A stretch of 64,000 bases of DNA from the human T2T-CHM13v2.0 reference genome, Homo sapiens: assembly GCF_009914755.1 (NCBI RefSeq), contig NC_060940.1; one strand, written 5' to 3'. The notes below the pieces were generated by a model, which worked only from the letters and a program-made list of their open reading frames with translations, was not told the origin of the DNA and searched no databases. Of the stretch, positions 41,957 to 55,782 are shown in pieces (within the stretch, counting starts at the first letter, position 1; each line of letters starts with the position of its first letter). The position numbers were made by a program, and so were the translations under genes.

Positions 41957-42650
41957 AAAGTCTGATAATCACAAGTTTTGGGGAGGATGTGGGGGAATCG
42001 GAACCTTCCTACACTGCTGGTGGGAATGTAAAATGGTACAGCTGCTGGAAAACCATCTGGGAAGTCCTCAAACAATTAAACTGAGAGATAGCATAAGACC
42101 CAGCAATCCCACTCCCAAGTACACACCCAAGAAAATTGAAACATACATCCAACAAACACTTGTACACAAACAATCCAAGTGGTGTTATTCATAGTAGCCA
42201 AGAGGTGGAAACAACCCAAATGTCCATCAACTGATGATGGATAAATGAAGCGTAGTCCATCCATACCATGGAATATTATTATAATTGGCCATACAAATGA
42301 AGTGCTGATCCACGCTACACCATCAATGAACCTTGAAGACATGACGCTGAGTGAAAGAGGCCAGACACAAAAGGCCACACGTTGTATGAGCCCATTTAGA
42401 TGAAATGTCCAGAATAGAAAAATCCATAGAGACAGAAAGTAGATTAGTGTGTGACCAGGACCAGGGGAAGCGGGTAAAGAAAGTGATGACAAAAGGGTTT
42501 CTTTTGAAGGTGATGAAAGCATTCTAAAATTGACTGTGGTGATGGTTGCACACCTCTGTGAATATACTAAAATCTACTACGTTGTATACTTTAAATGGAT
42601 GAATTGTATTGTATGCTAATTATATCTCAATAAATAAAGTTGTTTAAAAA
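41957..42650 (+). mobile_element. L1MB-type 3' end
   Basis: ctgctggtgggaatgtaaaatggtacagc...acaacccaaatgtccatcaactgatg...tatatctcaataaa. Confidence 0.92.
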
Positions 42651-44659
42651 AGAGAAGTCACACTCGCTACTTTAAGCAGAAAGAAATTTGGTATAAGAAA
42701 TTAGGCTTTGCAAGTCTAGAGGAATAAGCACTAGACTGGAATCCAGAACCGATTCACCGGGAAGCTGCTGCCGTTGCCCCTGTCCAGAGGGCCAGACGTT
42801 GGAGGGTGGACATGGGAGCTATTGAGTTCCCAGGCACATGTCTGCTACTCATAGTAGCACATAGCTGCTACTCAGGGGTCGGGACACAGGAATGAGAAGC
42901 TGCTGTCACAACTGCCTTTTTGCACCATCAGAGGCAGGGACAGGGTCACAGACCATGCTTTTCTGCAGGAACAACCAAGAGGCAGAATATGGTCTCGGCC
43001 TCACTTTCTTTTTCTAAATTGCATCAGTGGGAGTCTGCCAGCATCTGGGATCTACAGCCAGGGAGCCTGGGAAGTGCGGGTTTTAGCTTTTCCCTCCTCA
43101 CAGTAGGAAGCTGACTGGAAAGGGCTGGAATGGGTGTAGAGCTCTGCTGGTCAAGCCTCACAGTTACTATGAATTATGGATACAGTGAGGCTGGGCAGTG
43201 CAGCAGTGACTTTCTCTAGTCACCTCCTAAGAGGTGGGAGATGTCCCAGACCCATCTCTGCCTCATCGCCAAATCAAGCCTAGGCCCAGCAGGTGCTGAG
43301 CATGCTCCTTGCTGTCTTGCAGCCTTGCCTGGCTCCTCCCAGCACCTGTTGCAGGTAGACTGTGATCACGTGTGCTCACCTGCCTCGCCCCTCCAAGCAG
43401 ACAGCTCCTTGAGCACTGGAACGGTGTCCACCCATGCAGCCAGGCACAGCATGGGGACTCAGTACACGGGGAGCCCCTGACCTGAGTCCAAGAGGTGCAC
43501 CACGTGGAGGCTGCTGCCCCTTTTCATATTTCCCATTTGGCAGGAAACCTCCATCAGGGAGGGTGGGGACATTAAATATGTTTCTACTTCTGTCTGCATC
43601 CTCACTCAATTTTCAAAGCCAAACAAACTGTTAAACCATGGTCTTTCTCATTTTTTTAGCCTGTAATTATATTTAAAAGACTGTTAAAATTTTAAAAAGA
43701 AAAACATAGTCTCATCCATTTTGGCTTGGAGTAGTCAACATAATCAGATAATCAGCTCTTTGAGAATGAAGGAATTGTCTTTCACTTTTGGGCAAGACCT
43801 GGGCACCCAGTAGGTGTTTTATTTTTCTCTATGCACAGTGGTTTTTGAAGAGGCAGAGATCATAGGCTCTGCTGTGCCCTGGTTTTCACCCTGGCAAGAT
43901 CAAACATACAGAATGTGGGTCACTGCTAAACTTTCTTCCGTTTCTGTGCTTCTGGGGATCAGTTAAAATACGCACTCAGGATACTCAGCACACACAAATG
44001 TCCCACAAAGACCAAGTAATACTGACACTACCCTTTAAGACACTCTGTGTAAAAAAAAACTGGAAGACACAGAGAGTGGCGCAGCATTTTAAGTCTTCTA
44101 TTGACCAAATTTGGTCCTTCCTAAGAACTTCAATTAACCTCTCACGATTTATTTACAGAATGGGTAGAAGCTCAATAATGATGATTATGATAATAGTAGC
44201 AAAACCAGCACCAATAATATTAGCAACCGCAGTAATAATAAGGATTTCACTAAACAAATACCATGCAGGAGATTTTGTTGGGGGAGTTTTTATAATTCTC
44301 ACAACAAGTTCCCATCGTGCTGCTTATGACGGAGACAGAACGTTACAAGGTCACCTAACCTCATGAGTCCCAGAGTTGGCAGGCTTTGCTGCCATTGAGT
44401 AGCTTACTCTCTCTGAGCCTCAGTTTTCTCTTTGGAAAACTGGACATAATGATTATATTTATGAAAATTAATACGAGTTAGTATATGTAGTGCACTTGGA
44501 GTGGTGTCTAGCAACACTCATCATCTTCACCACCACTACCACCACCATCGTCAGTACTTGGTAGCTTTCATCATCACATCATCATCATCCTATGGTCCTC
44601 CTCAGTCATACTGCATGTGCTTTAATCTTAGAGTTGATTCTTAAAGAAACAGCAAAGTG

Positions 44660-44890
44660 TAGCATAAAGAGCGCTGGGCTTGGTATCACGTTGTCCTGGA
44701 CTTAGATTCTTGGACCTGCCACTCACTGCTTGTTTTCCCTTGGGCAAGTTTATTAAATTCTCTGAGTATTGTTTTCATTCTTTGTAAAATGAAAATAACT
44801 GACTTCAGTTCTTAGAGTTGTTGTGAAAATTAAGGGAAATACAGTATGTACGGTATCTAGAATATAGTAGGTGCAAAATAAATGGTAGCT
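44660..44890 (+). mobile_element. MIR
   Basis: ttgggcaagtttattaaattctctgag...tgtaaaatg...gttgttgtgaaaattaag...aataaatggtagct. Confidence 0.75.
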
Positions 44891-45632
44891 GTGATGATGA
44901 CAATGGTGATGGTGATAATGTTAGTGATGATGGTGATGATGATGATGGTGGTGATAATGCTAGTGATGATGGTGATAATAATGGTGATGGTGATGATGAT
45001 GGTAGTGATGATGGTGATGATGATGATGGTGGTTGTGGTGATGGTGATGATGATGGTGGTGGTGGTGATGGTGATGGTGATGATGGTGGTGATGGTGATG
45101 GTGATGATGATGGTGGTGCTGGTGATGGTGATGGTGATGATGATGATGGTGGTGATGGTGATGGTGATGATGATGGGGGTGGTGGTGGTGGTGATGGTGA
45201 TGATGGTGGTGATGGTGATGGTGGTGGTGGTGATGGTGATGATGATGGTGATGATGGTGGTGATGGTGATGGTGATGATGATGGTGGTGGTGGTGATGGT
45301 GATGGTGATGATGATGATGGTGGTGATGGTGATGGTGATGATGGTGGTGGTGGTGATGGTGATGGTGATGATGGTGGTGGTGGTGATGGTGATGATGATG
45401 GTGATAATGATGGTGATGATGCTGGTGATGGTGATTGTGATGATAGTGATGGTGATGATGATGGTGCTGATGGTGATGATGATGATGGTGATGGTTGTGA
45501 TGATAATGGTGATGGTGATGATGATGGTGCTGATGCTGATGGTGATGATGACGATGGTGATGGTGGCGATGATGATGATTGGCAGTGATAATGGTGGTGA
45601 TGATTATGATGATACTTATGGTGGTGATGATA
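44890..45632 (+). repeat. Degenerate (GAT/GGT)n triplet repeat
   Basis: About 740 nt of gatggt/gatgat. Confidence 0.97.
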
Positions 45633-46670
45633 ATGTGTCAGTGTGAGCAGTGGTGATGGAGATCTCAAGCAGTCTGACCACCCATCCAGTCCAAACATTT
45701 CTCTTCAGGAGACCTGAGATAAAAATCACTCAACATTTGCCTAATATCAGCAAATAACCACAATATATTTTGTAATACTGAGACATAAGACATAATAAGC
45801 TTACTGCAGGAACAGTTTGCTGTAATTCTTTTTCTGGGAATTCTAGAAAGCATCAGTGCCTGGCCCTCCAAAACTGCAGGAAGAATGGAAGAGCAGAATT
45901 GGGAGCTGGGACACTCACTCTGTGGGAAAAGTGACTCTCCTTATCACCACATAAGCTTAATGGAAGCCAACAAGTCAACCTCATTTGGAAAATTTTTAAA
46001 AACCTATTTCTTAAAGTTCCTCAAGGTAGCAAACTCATGAGACTTCCCCTTAAAGATTAACTATCATCTTGAAATTTTGATCTACTTTACAAAAAGTAGC
46101 AACATTAAAGAAACTCTTGGGTGAGACACAAAATAACATTATTTTTATTTCTGACCTTTGGGTAAAGTGGAGATAATAATAACACATGCTTTTCTGTATG
46201 ATTCACATTAGTACTTCCTGTTTCTAGCATAACACACAGTAGGTTCTCAAAAACTAAAGTCTGTCAGATGAAAGAATGGTGAAGTGGATGAATAGATGAA
46301 GGAAATTCTTCTGTATATGGCAAATTTGACAATAACATATATATTAATAATAACATGACACTAACTTTTTCTGCCCCTTTCTTCACTAAATGTGATTTTG
46401 TTTGGGAATTTTGTTTTGCCTATTTTAATATCACTAACTTACCCCAAAGTTAATTGTAAAATAATATTTATTTCTTTATATAGTATAAATATTTATTATT
46501 TATTTATAGGCATTTACTACATGCTAGAGGATTTTACGTGTACTAAGCCGTTAATCCGCACAACAACCCTGTCCAGGTAGGTTATCACAATTATTCTCAT
46601 TTTACAAATTAAAAAGATAAAGTACTTAATTTGCCCTAAAGATAGAATTTCAGGAGTCCAAAATCACATA

Positions 46671-47082
46671 TGTATTAGTCCATTCTTGCAGTGCTATTAA
46701 AAAAACATACTTGAGACTGGGTAATTTATAAAGAAAAGAGGTTTAATTGGCTTACAGTTCTGCAGGATGTACTGGAAGCATAGCGCCTTCTGCTTCTGGA
46801 GAGGCCTCAGGAAACTTGCAATCATGGCAGAAGGTGAAGGGAAGCAGGCAAATCACATGGCCAGAGTAGGAGGAAGAGAGAGGGGAGGTGCCACATACTT
46901 TTTAACAACCAGATGTCAGGAGAATTCACTCATGATCATGATGATAGCACTAAGGGGGATGGTATTAAACCATGAGACACCACCCCATGATCCAGTCACC
47001 TCCCACTAGGCCCCACCCCCAACACTGGGGATTACAATTCGACATGAGATTTGGGTGGGGACACAGATCCAAATCATATCAA
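46671..47082 (-). mobile_element. MST (MSTA-like) solo LTR
   Basis: tgtattagtccattcttgc...gaggcctcaggaaacttgcaatcatggcagaaggtgaaggg...cagatccaaatcatatca. Confidence 0.92.
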
Positions 47083-47318
47083 CCTACTTACAAGGTTATT
47101 CATTGCAGCACGATTTGTAATAGCAAAAATGTGAAAACTGAAGGCCTGACAACTGGGTGCTGTTTAAATAATTGATGATGCATACGTTGAGTGGAATATA
47201 ATTCAACTGTCAAAAAATGAGGCAGATATTTATACATTGATGTGGAGGTATGTCCAAGATATATTAAGTGAAAAAAAAACAGCAAAACAGAGAATAGTAG
47301 GTAATGTATATTATATGC

Positions 47319-48006
<688 letters not shown>

Positions 48007-49019
48007 ATTTTCTTGTGTGGGTTGTTGTTACATCTGGAAGGATACCCAAGAAAATGCTAAGAGTGGCGGCTTCCTAGAAGGGGAACCAAGAGGCTGGGTG
48101 GGTTAGTCAGGAGACGCCAGGTGATGCTACAGTAGCAAACGACCCCCAAAATCAAAGTGGCTTAAACAACAGAGGTTGACTTTTCATCTATACAAATGCT
48201 CATGGGATAATGGGCATTCTCTGCTCATATATCACTCAAGAATCAAGCCTTGCTGGTTGCCACACCTGAGGGTAAAGAGGTCTGGAGGATCTCTGGAGGT
48301 CTGGAGGTCTTCCTTGAGCTGACCATAAACTGTGCCAACCTTCAAGGGACATATGTGACTGCTGCTCACAGTCACTGGTAGCGCTTGTCACATGATCCCC
48401 TCAGCCACAGGGGGAGCAGGAACTGCAAATCTCTGGGTGCCTAGAAGGTAGAGAGTGGAACCTATTTAGTGAACAGCGTTAATGACTACCACTCTGGGGA
48501 CAGAAGTTGGAAGGAGAATTTCTTTCCTCCATAAACCCTTTTAAACTCCTGAATATATTAACCATATATGAAATGAAAAAATTTTAAGTACTCTAGATGA
48601 GTTAAGTAGCGTTTAAGATAAGCATGTTATAAGCTCCAGGTGACTTGTAGAGACCATACATCCCCCCAGGTGAGAGGAAGGAGAAATCACTGCAGGCAGG
48701 GAGTGGGGAGGTCAGGAAAACACAGACCATTTCACTGTCAATGTGCATTTCAGGAGAACCTATTGTGTGCCAGAGCTGTGCTCTGTAATGGGAATGCACA
48801 GCTAAATAAGACCTGGTCCCTTCCCTTGAGGAGTTCATAGTCTATTTGCCTGGAAGCCAAGAGACCTGGGTTCAAATCCCATCTCTCCCTGAGTAAACTT
48901 ATTTTACTTCACCTGTAAAATGAGGCTGAAATACCTACTGTAGAAGGTTACTGAGAGGATTGGCTATACCGCATGACCAAGGGTCTGAACAAACCTTCGT
49001 TGACTAGGAACCTGTTGGT

Positions 49020-49900
49020 CCCCCAAGACATCTCGCATGTGCAAACACCATGCACGGTTTCTACCTTTCCTTGAGATGTTCGCGACGTGACAAAGAGATG
49101 AAGTCTTACAGACTGCAACCTTCTTCCTTTTTCCCGCTTGCTCCTGTTTTCTTCTCTCTGTTAATGGACCAGCTCTTTGGGGTTAATAGGGCCACTTTTC
49201 ATCCTGTCGAACCACATCATCTGTGATCTCCCCATTCAATAAATATTAGAATGTATCCATGGGGAATAATCTGCCCGGTATCTTATCAAAACTTTCAAAG
49301 CTGTAACTCAGTTCAGATGGGGGGATTTTCAGGCTGCAAAGGGGGAGGGGCAGGAAGAATGTCAGGATCTTGGGACTATCAAGATTTGGATTAGCAAGCA
49401 ATTTCCTGAGTTCCCCGACTTCATAGATGAGGTCAGAAAGGTCCGTTCTGAATGGAACCCATTAATCTCCCTGTTGTGAGCGAGGAAACGTTGGAAAGCG
49501 CAGGTGTTAACAGTCTCGGTGTTATTTTTGGGAGAATGTGAACTGAACACTCGCAGGAAGTGTACTATTCCCTTGCCAGCATCCTGGAGTATTATTTTAG
49601 GCAGCAGAACTGAGGCTTGTGAGCAGAAGTCAGGTTTCAACACACCTTTAAGGCAAGAAGGGTACTTCACAAGCAAGAATTTTGCTGCTGTGTTTGGAGG
49701 ACTTAAAATAATCGATGTGTTCTGCAAGGATGCTCAGAAAGGCCGCCTAGAGAACGCCCTAGTACGGCAACGACCACGCAGCGCCACAGCCACATCTGAC
49801 TCGGGAATATCTGGACTAACCCTAGTTCTGCGGCCGAGAGGGGCTAACGTACGCACCACCAGCCCCTAGACAAACACAAACGCATGTGAGTTTTAGGTTC
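49020..49900. promoter_or_regulatory. Candidate regulatory block with CpG-dense 3' part
   Basis: No recognised repeat; AACCACA, CTTATCA, TTCAAAG, CAGGAAGT; many CpGs at 49740-49860. Confidence 0.35.
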
Positions 49901-49918
49901 CACCGTTGTCACTTCAGC

Positions 49919-50245
49919 CCAGGGTCAGTAAACATTTTCTGTAAACGGCCAGATGGTAAATATTTTAGAATTTGTGGGCCGTACGGTCTTTGCTGCCATG
50001 ATTCAACCCTGCCATTGTAGCATAAAAGCCACCTTAGGCAATCCACAAACAAACGGGCATGGCTGTGTCCCCATAAAACTTTACAGGCAGTGAAATTTGA
50101 ATTTCACATAATTTTCATATGTCATGAAACAGAATTCCTCTTTTGATTTGTTCAACCATTTTAAAATGCAAAAACCCACTTTTGGCTCTCGGACTGTATG
50201 AAAACAGCCCCTTTGGCTGTCGGCCTGTCGTTTGCTGACCTCTTC
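49919..50245. mobile_element. MER58B
   Basis: cagggtcagtaaacattttctgtaaacggccagatggtaaatattttag...tgaaatttgaatttcac. Confidence 0.85.
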
Positions 50246-51386
50246 TAGACGATTTAATTTCCACACTGACACTATTGCCTAAGGCCCATTTCCAGATTTT
50301 CTTTGGCATTGCCCTTCGAGCAGGCTCTGAGACACGAACATGTGACAGAAAGTGGAAAGGTTATTTTTCTTCCAGCTCCAGCCCGGCCTGTCTCCAAACA
50401 TGGGAGGAGCCTATTGAAGGAAGATTCCTCACTCCTCTGCACCTCCCTCAAGGTCTGAGCCTGCACATTCTTCAGGGCTTAAGCTGCTTTGGCGGAGGCA
50501 GAGAGGGCAGAAGGGGACGATGGTGTGGCAGGAGACCCCTCCCACGAGCATCAAATCTTCCACACAAGGCACTGTGTTCACAAAAAGCCTCTTGTGAGTG
50601 GTGTTTTGTGGTGAGCTATTTATTCATTCCTTCTATAAATATTTCTTGGGCACCTACCTGGTGCCAAGCCCTGTCCTAGGCACAAGGATACAACCAGGAG
50701 CAAAACAAAGTCCCCGCCCTCTCCAGGCCCACATTCCTGCAATGGGAGCGAAAGGGCCGAGCTTCCTGTCTCAGTGGACAGGATGAACAGCAGCAGGAGG
50801 GTGCATTCAGCCCCAGGGTAGAGAAGACCCACGGAGCCCCTGCCTCACGAATGGGATGAAAGTGTGGGTGGCACCCAGGCCTTCCTAACAGTGGGATGGG
50901 CAGTTCCACCCGAGGTCACCTGGATTCCTGATAGCCCGGGGAAGCAGCTGCTGACATCTGAGTCACACACTCGAGCACATGCCCATGCCCATAAGTCACC
51001 TCGTTAAGTGCTCCTGACCCAGGAAATACAACCTAACTTGACCCACCCCTAGCCCTTCATTCACCCGGTGCAGCTGTAATTGGCACCCACCCATCCCCCG
51101 TCATCACATCTCCCCTCAAAGAAGAGGGAAAGCCTGCATTTGCTGGGAGAGGACAGAGGCCAAGAGAGTGTGCCAAGCAGGGCGGCCCAAAGAGGGATTT
51201 CTGACCAGGTGGGTGAGAAGGAGAAGGAAGGGCTGGAAGAACCACATGGACAAAGCCAGAGGCAGGGGTGCCCAGGACACCTCCAGGGCAGTGACCAGGC
51301 CAGTCTGCCACAGGACACAGTCATCTGGGAGAATCGTGTATCCTCCCATCCGGGGACCCAGACTCCTGGCTAGAAAAAGCAGATGT

Positions 51387-51676
51387 TCCTAGCACTTTGG
51401 GAGGCCAAGGTGGATGGATCGCCTGAGGTCAGGTGTTCAAGACCAGCCTCGCCAACATAGCAAAACTCCATCTCTACTAAAAGTACAAAAAAAAAAATTG
51501 CCAGGTGTGCTGGTGCAGGCCTGTAATCCCAGCTACTTGGGAGGTTGATGGGGAAGAATCGCTTGAGCCTGGGAGGAGGAAGTTGTAGTTAGAAGAGATC
51601 AAGCCACTGTACTCCAGCCTGGGCAACAGAGAGAGACTCCGTCTAATACAAAAAACAAGAAACAAAAACAAAAACA
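51387..51676 (+). mobile_element. AluS, 5'-truncated
   Basis: Starts at tcctagcactttgggaggcc; AAAAC-type tail. Confidence 0.92.
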
Positions 51677-52304
51677 AGTATTATCACCACTCCCCAAGGA
51701 CCACATAGAACTCCAAACCTGTCTTCTGCTCTGCTGCCACACGACCTTCCTAAAACGTAATCCCAATTGTGTCTCTTTCCTGCCTAAACCCCACTGGTGT
51801 TCCTCCCCAGCTGCCTTGGAAATAAATCTGCACTCCTGGCTAGCACCCAAGGTCCTGGAGATCCAGCCCCACCCACCCTGACACCCTGATACCCCACAGT
51901 CCCTCCAGCACAATGTCTTCCAGCCGCACTGAGCCACCAGCCTCTGCCTGCTCATGTGTGGCTCAACTCTAACCAGGCCAGGGGAGAGGGACCCTGGGAA
52001 GTGTGGCTCTCCCCTGAGTGAGTCAGAGTAGCACCTTCCAGGGCAGCCTCCCCCTGGGATGTGTCCACCTGCCTAACACAGGCCAGGCAGCTGGTGTTGT
52101 ATTATTATGTAAACTCTGCATAATGGCAAAGGCAATCGCCCCATTTCACAGCTGAGGACTGAAAGCCATTTGCCCGAGGTCACATGGCCAGTGAGTGGTG
52201 GAGCCAGGGCTGTCGCCCCATCAGTGTCCGTGATCTTTCCTCCAGGGAGTCTGAAGCCTTCACTTGCATGACATTGCTTGGGACAGACATTAAAACGCAG
52301 AGTC

Positions 52305-52595
<291 letters not shown>

Positions 52596-54096
52596 TTAAG
52601 TGTCTGGGGTGCAGCATGAGACTCTGCATTGTCCCAAGCAGCCCAGGCGATCAGCGTGAGGCCCCTCACCCCTACTCCCCTGTCCTCTCTTCCACGGTCT
52701 CTGGTCCTCAGCTACAATTCGGATTTCCCAAAAGGGCAGGCAGGTGGGATTTAGTCTTACGACTAGGCTTTGCAGAGACAGTGATGCCAGACAGAAAGGG
52801 AGACGGAAGGGGAGCTGAGGAGGCCGAGGTGGAGCTGCAGGGCTGACTCCACCATTCCTGGTTGCAATCTCACCCCACCCTGCTTCTTTGGGCCTCAGTT
52901 TCTCTATCTGTACCATAGATGTGGTGGTGCCTGCATGCGCAGGGAACAGGGTGCTGCAGGTCCCCCCATAATGGTCCTTATTTCTAGGGCCTGCCCTTGC
53001 CTTCTTGCTGTCTACAGTAGAGAAGACCTACCCAAGGTGAGTGTGTGGGGTTGTCAGGCCTGGAATCTCATCAGTCCCACACAAGCCTGTTAGAACAAGC
53101 AGTTTTCCCGATGGAAGAGGTTCTAATGACTGCACACAAGGAGGCAAATGGAAGATACAAATACCAGCAACTCAAGTCATAAATACTTACTTTCTCTTTT
53201 AACATTTTTACGATACTCCCTCTTTTCAGATGCAATAATTTACACTAATGTGTTCCTCCCACCATGCCTTCTATTCCTCTGACATCTGTTTAAACGTCAG
53301 GACAGCAGGACGAGAGTAAATCACATTATACTCATTATATGTATTTAATTCTACCGTGTGCTGCTGAAACCATAGCAGCCTCATGTACAGACCCAACAGC
53401 CACAAACACCAATGTTGTTCTTTGCCTTATCTTGATGAATTAGGCATAAATCGTAACTCCAGCAAAGTGGAAAAGTACCAAAATGCCATCGAGTTGGTCT
53501 GGCTGTTTTTTAAGGAGTTGGAATGGAACATTCTTGTTGGGAGCCATGAATCAGCGTCTGGAGGACCCGCCACCAAACACTTAACACCAGAACTTTGGGA
53601 GGATGCAGGGAGAGAAATGCTACTTGTTTCCTAAGATCACGTGGTTGGGAAAATATCTCAAATGGACTCTCGCTGAGGTCTGAAGTCATTTAAAGAGAGA
53701 GAAGACGTCTCCATAGCGATTAGGTTCCACTTCATGGGAAGAAAAAAACCCGAAAAGCAATGAAACGTGGCTTAAACAGACAAGATTTGCTCCTCCAGCA
53801 TAAAAGAGTGGGCCTTGGAGCTGGGACGGTGCTTCTATGAAGTTGACAGGGGTCTAGTCTCTTCCTGCCTCCCTGCAATGTGGCCCTTCATTTTATGGTC
53901 CCAGGTGGCTGCCTGAGCTCCAGCCAACATGTCCAACTTTCTGACAGCAAGATGGAAGAAGAAAGGCCATGTCCTTCCCTTTAAGAAAAAGAAAAAAGAC
54001 TATTTTTTAGAACAGTTTCAGATTTGCCGAAAAATTGTGAATATAGCACAGAGTTCCCAGAGTGTATACCCCATATGCAATTGCCCCCATTATTAG

Positions 54097-54409
<313 letters not shown>

Positions 54410-55376
54410 CATTATTAACATCTTATGTTAGTATGGTGCATTTGGTATAATTAGTGAAGAAATACTGACACATTATCATTAACTAAAGTCTACGCTTTCT
54501 CTAGGCTTCCCTAGTTTTTGCCTAATGTGTGTTTCCTGTTCCAGGATCTCAGGTGAATTTAGTTGTCATGCCTCCTTAGGCTCCTCTTGGCTTCATCCCC
54601 TTCCCTTTTAATTTAAGGAGACGTCCTGGAGGTATCACATGACACTTCCTCTTACTGCTCATTGGCCAGAACTTAGTCACATGGTTGCACATAGCTGCAA
54701 GGAAGGCTGGGAAATGAGTCCTTTCCAGGTAGCCATGTGCCCAGCTGAACCTAAGGAGAGGTGGAGAATGGTTTCTGGGAATAGTGAACAGGCACTGCCA
54801 CAGCAGGGTCTTAAGAGACCACTTCAGTCGGCTGTCTGCTGCAGGCTGACATGCTCCCAACAGCTGCATTTTGTGGAAGCAACTGCAGCCCAGGACAGTT
54901 AAGTGACTACTTCAAGATCACAGAGCCAGTCCCTGGGGAGAGGGACAGCACATGTCCCTCCACTCTGCCAGGCTCCCTGGGCTCTCCCCTTCTCTTCATC
55001 TCGGAGCTTGTTTCGGAGCAGATGCCAGCTGTCATCGTGTTCCCACGCCAAGCCCCATTTCAGGCCTGGAGTCTGCCAAGAGTCTGCCCTTATCCCTGAG
55101 CTGGGTCAGATGGTCCTGCCCTGTCACCCTAGCCTGGATCGAACTGACCGGCTTGCCAGCCAATCTGTTCTTCTGGGAGCTTTTCTGGAGCGTCTGCACT
55201 GTGGCAGGCACTGTCGTAAGCCTCTTTACACTTGGAGTCTTGGAGTTCTCGAAGCAAACGCAGAGTTAAGCATTGTTACCGAGGCTCCCGGAGGTGAATC
55301 TGCCAAGGTCACAGCCAGTAGAAGGTGGAGCTGGGATCCCAATCAGGCCGTCTCGGGAGCCCACACTTGGGCCCCG

Positions 55377-55782
55377 TGTGACACAGTTGCAGAGCTCTAA
55401 GAGCTCATCTAACTCACGTGGGGACAGCGGGCGTCTGTATGTCTCTCTGGAGACTCTCGTGGTTCTGGAGGCCAAAAGTCCAAAATCAAGGAGTCCGCAA
55501 AGCTGGTCCCTTCTTGGGAAGTCAGGAGGAGAATCCGTTCCTTCCTCCCTCCCTGCTTCTGTTGCTGCCAGCGGTTCCTAGTGTTCTCTGGCTCGTAGAC
55601 GCATCGTTCTGCTCTCTGTCTCCATTGTTTCTCAAGCCTACTCCCTGAGTGTCTGTCCAAACTCATCTTAACTTGATGACAGCTGCTCGATGACACCTTT
55701 TCGGAAAGTAAGGTCACATCCCCAGCTACAGAGGGTTACGACTAGGATCTACCCTTCTGGGGGTCACAAGCAGCCCACAACA
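55377..55782 (-). mobile_element. MaLR solo LTR (MLT1)
   Basis: ggttctggaggccaaaagtccaaaatcaagg...cagcccacaaca end. Confidence 0.8.

Noticed and set aside
44805-45698. 297-aa Ser/Pro and 254-aa Met/Val ORFs
   Set aside because: Artefacts of the (GAT/GGT)n array.
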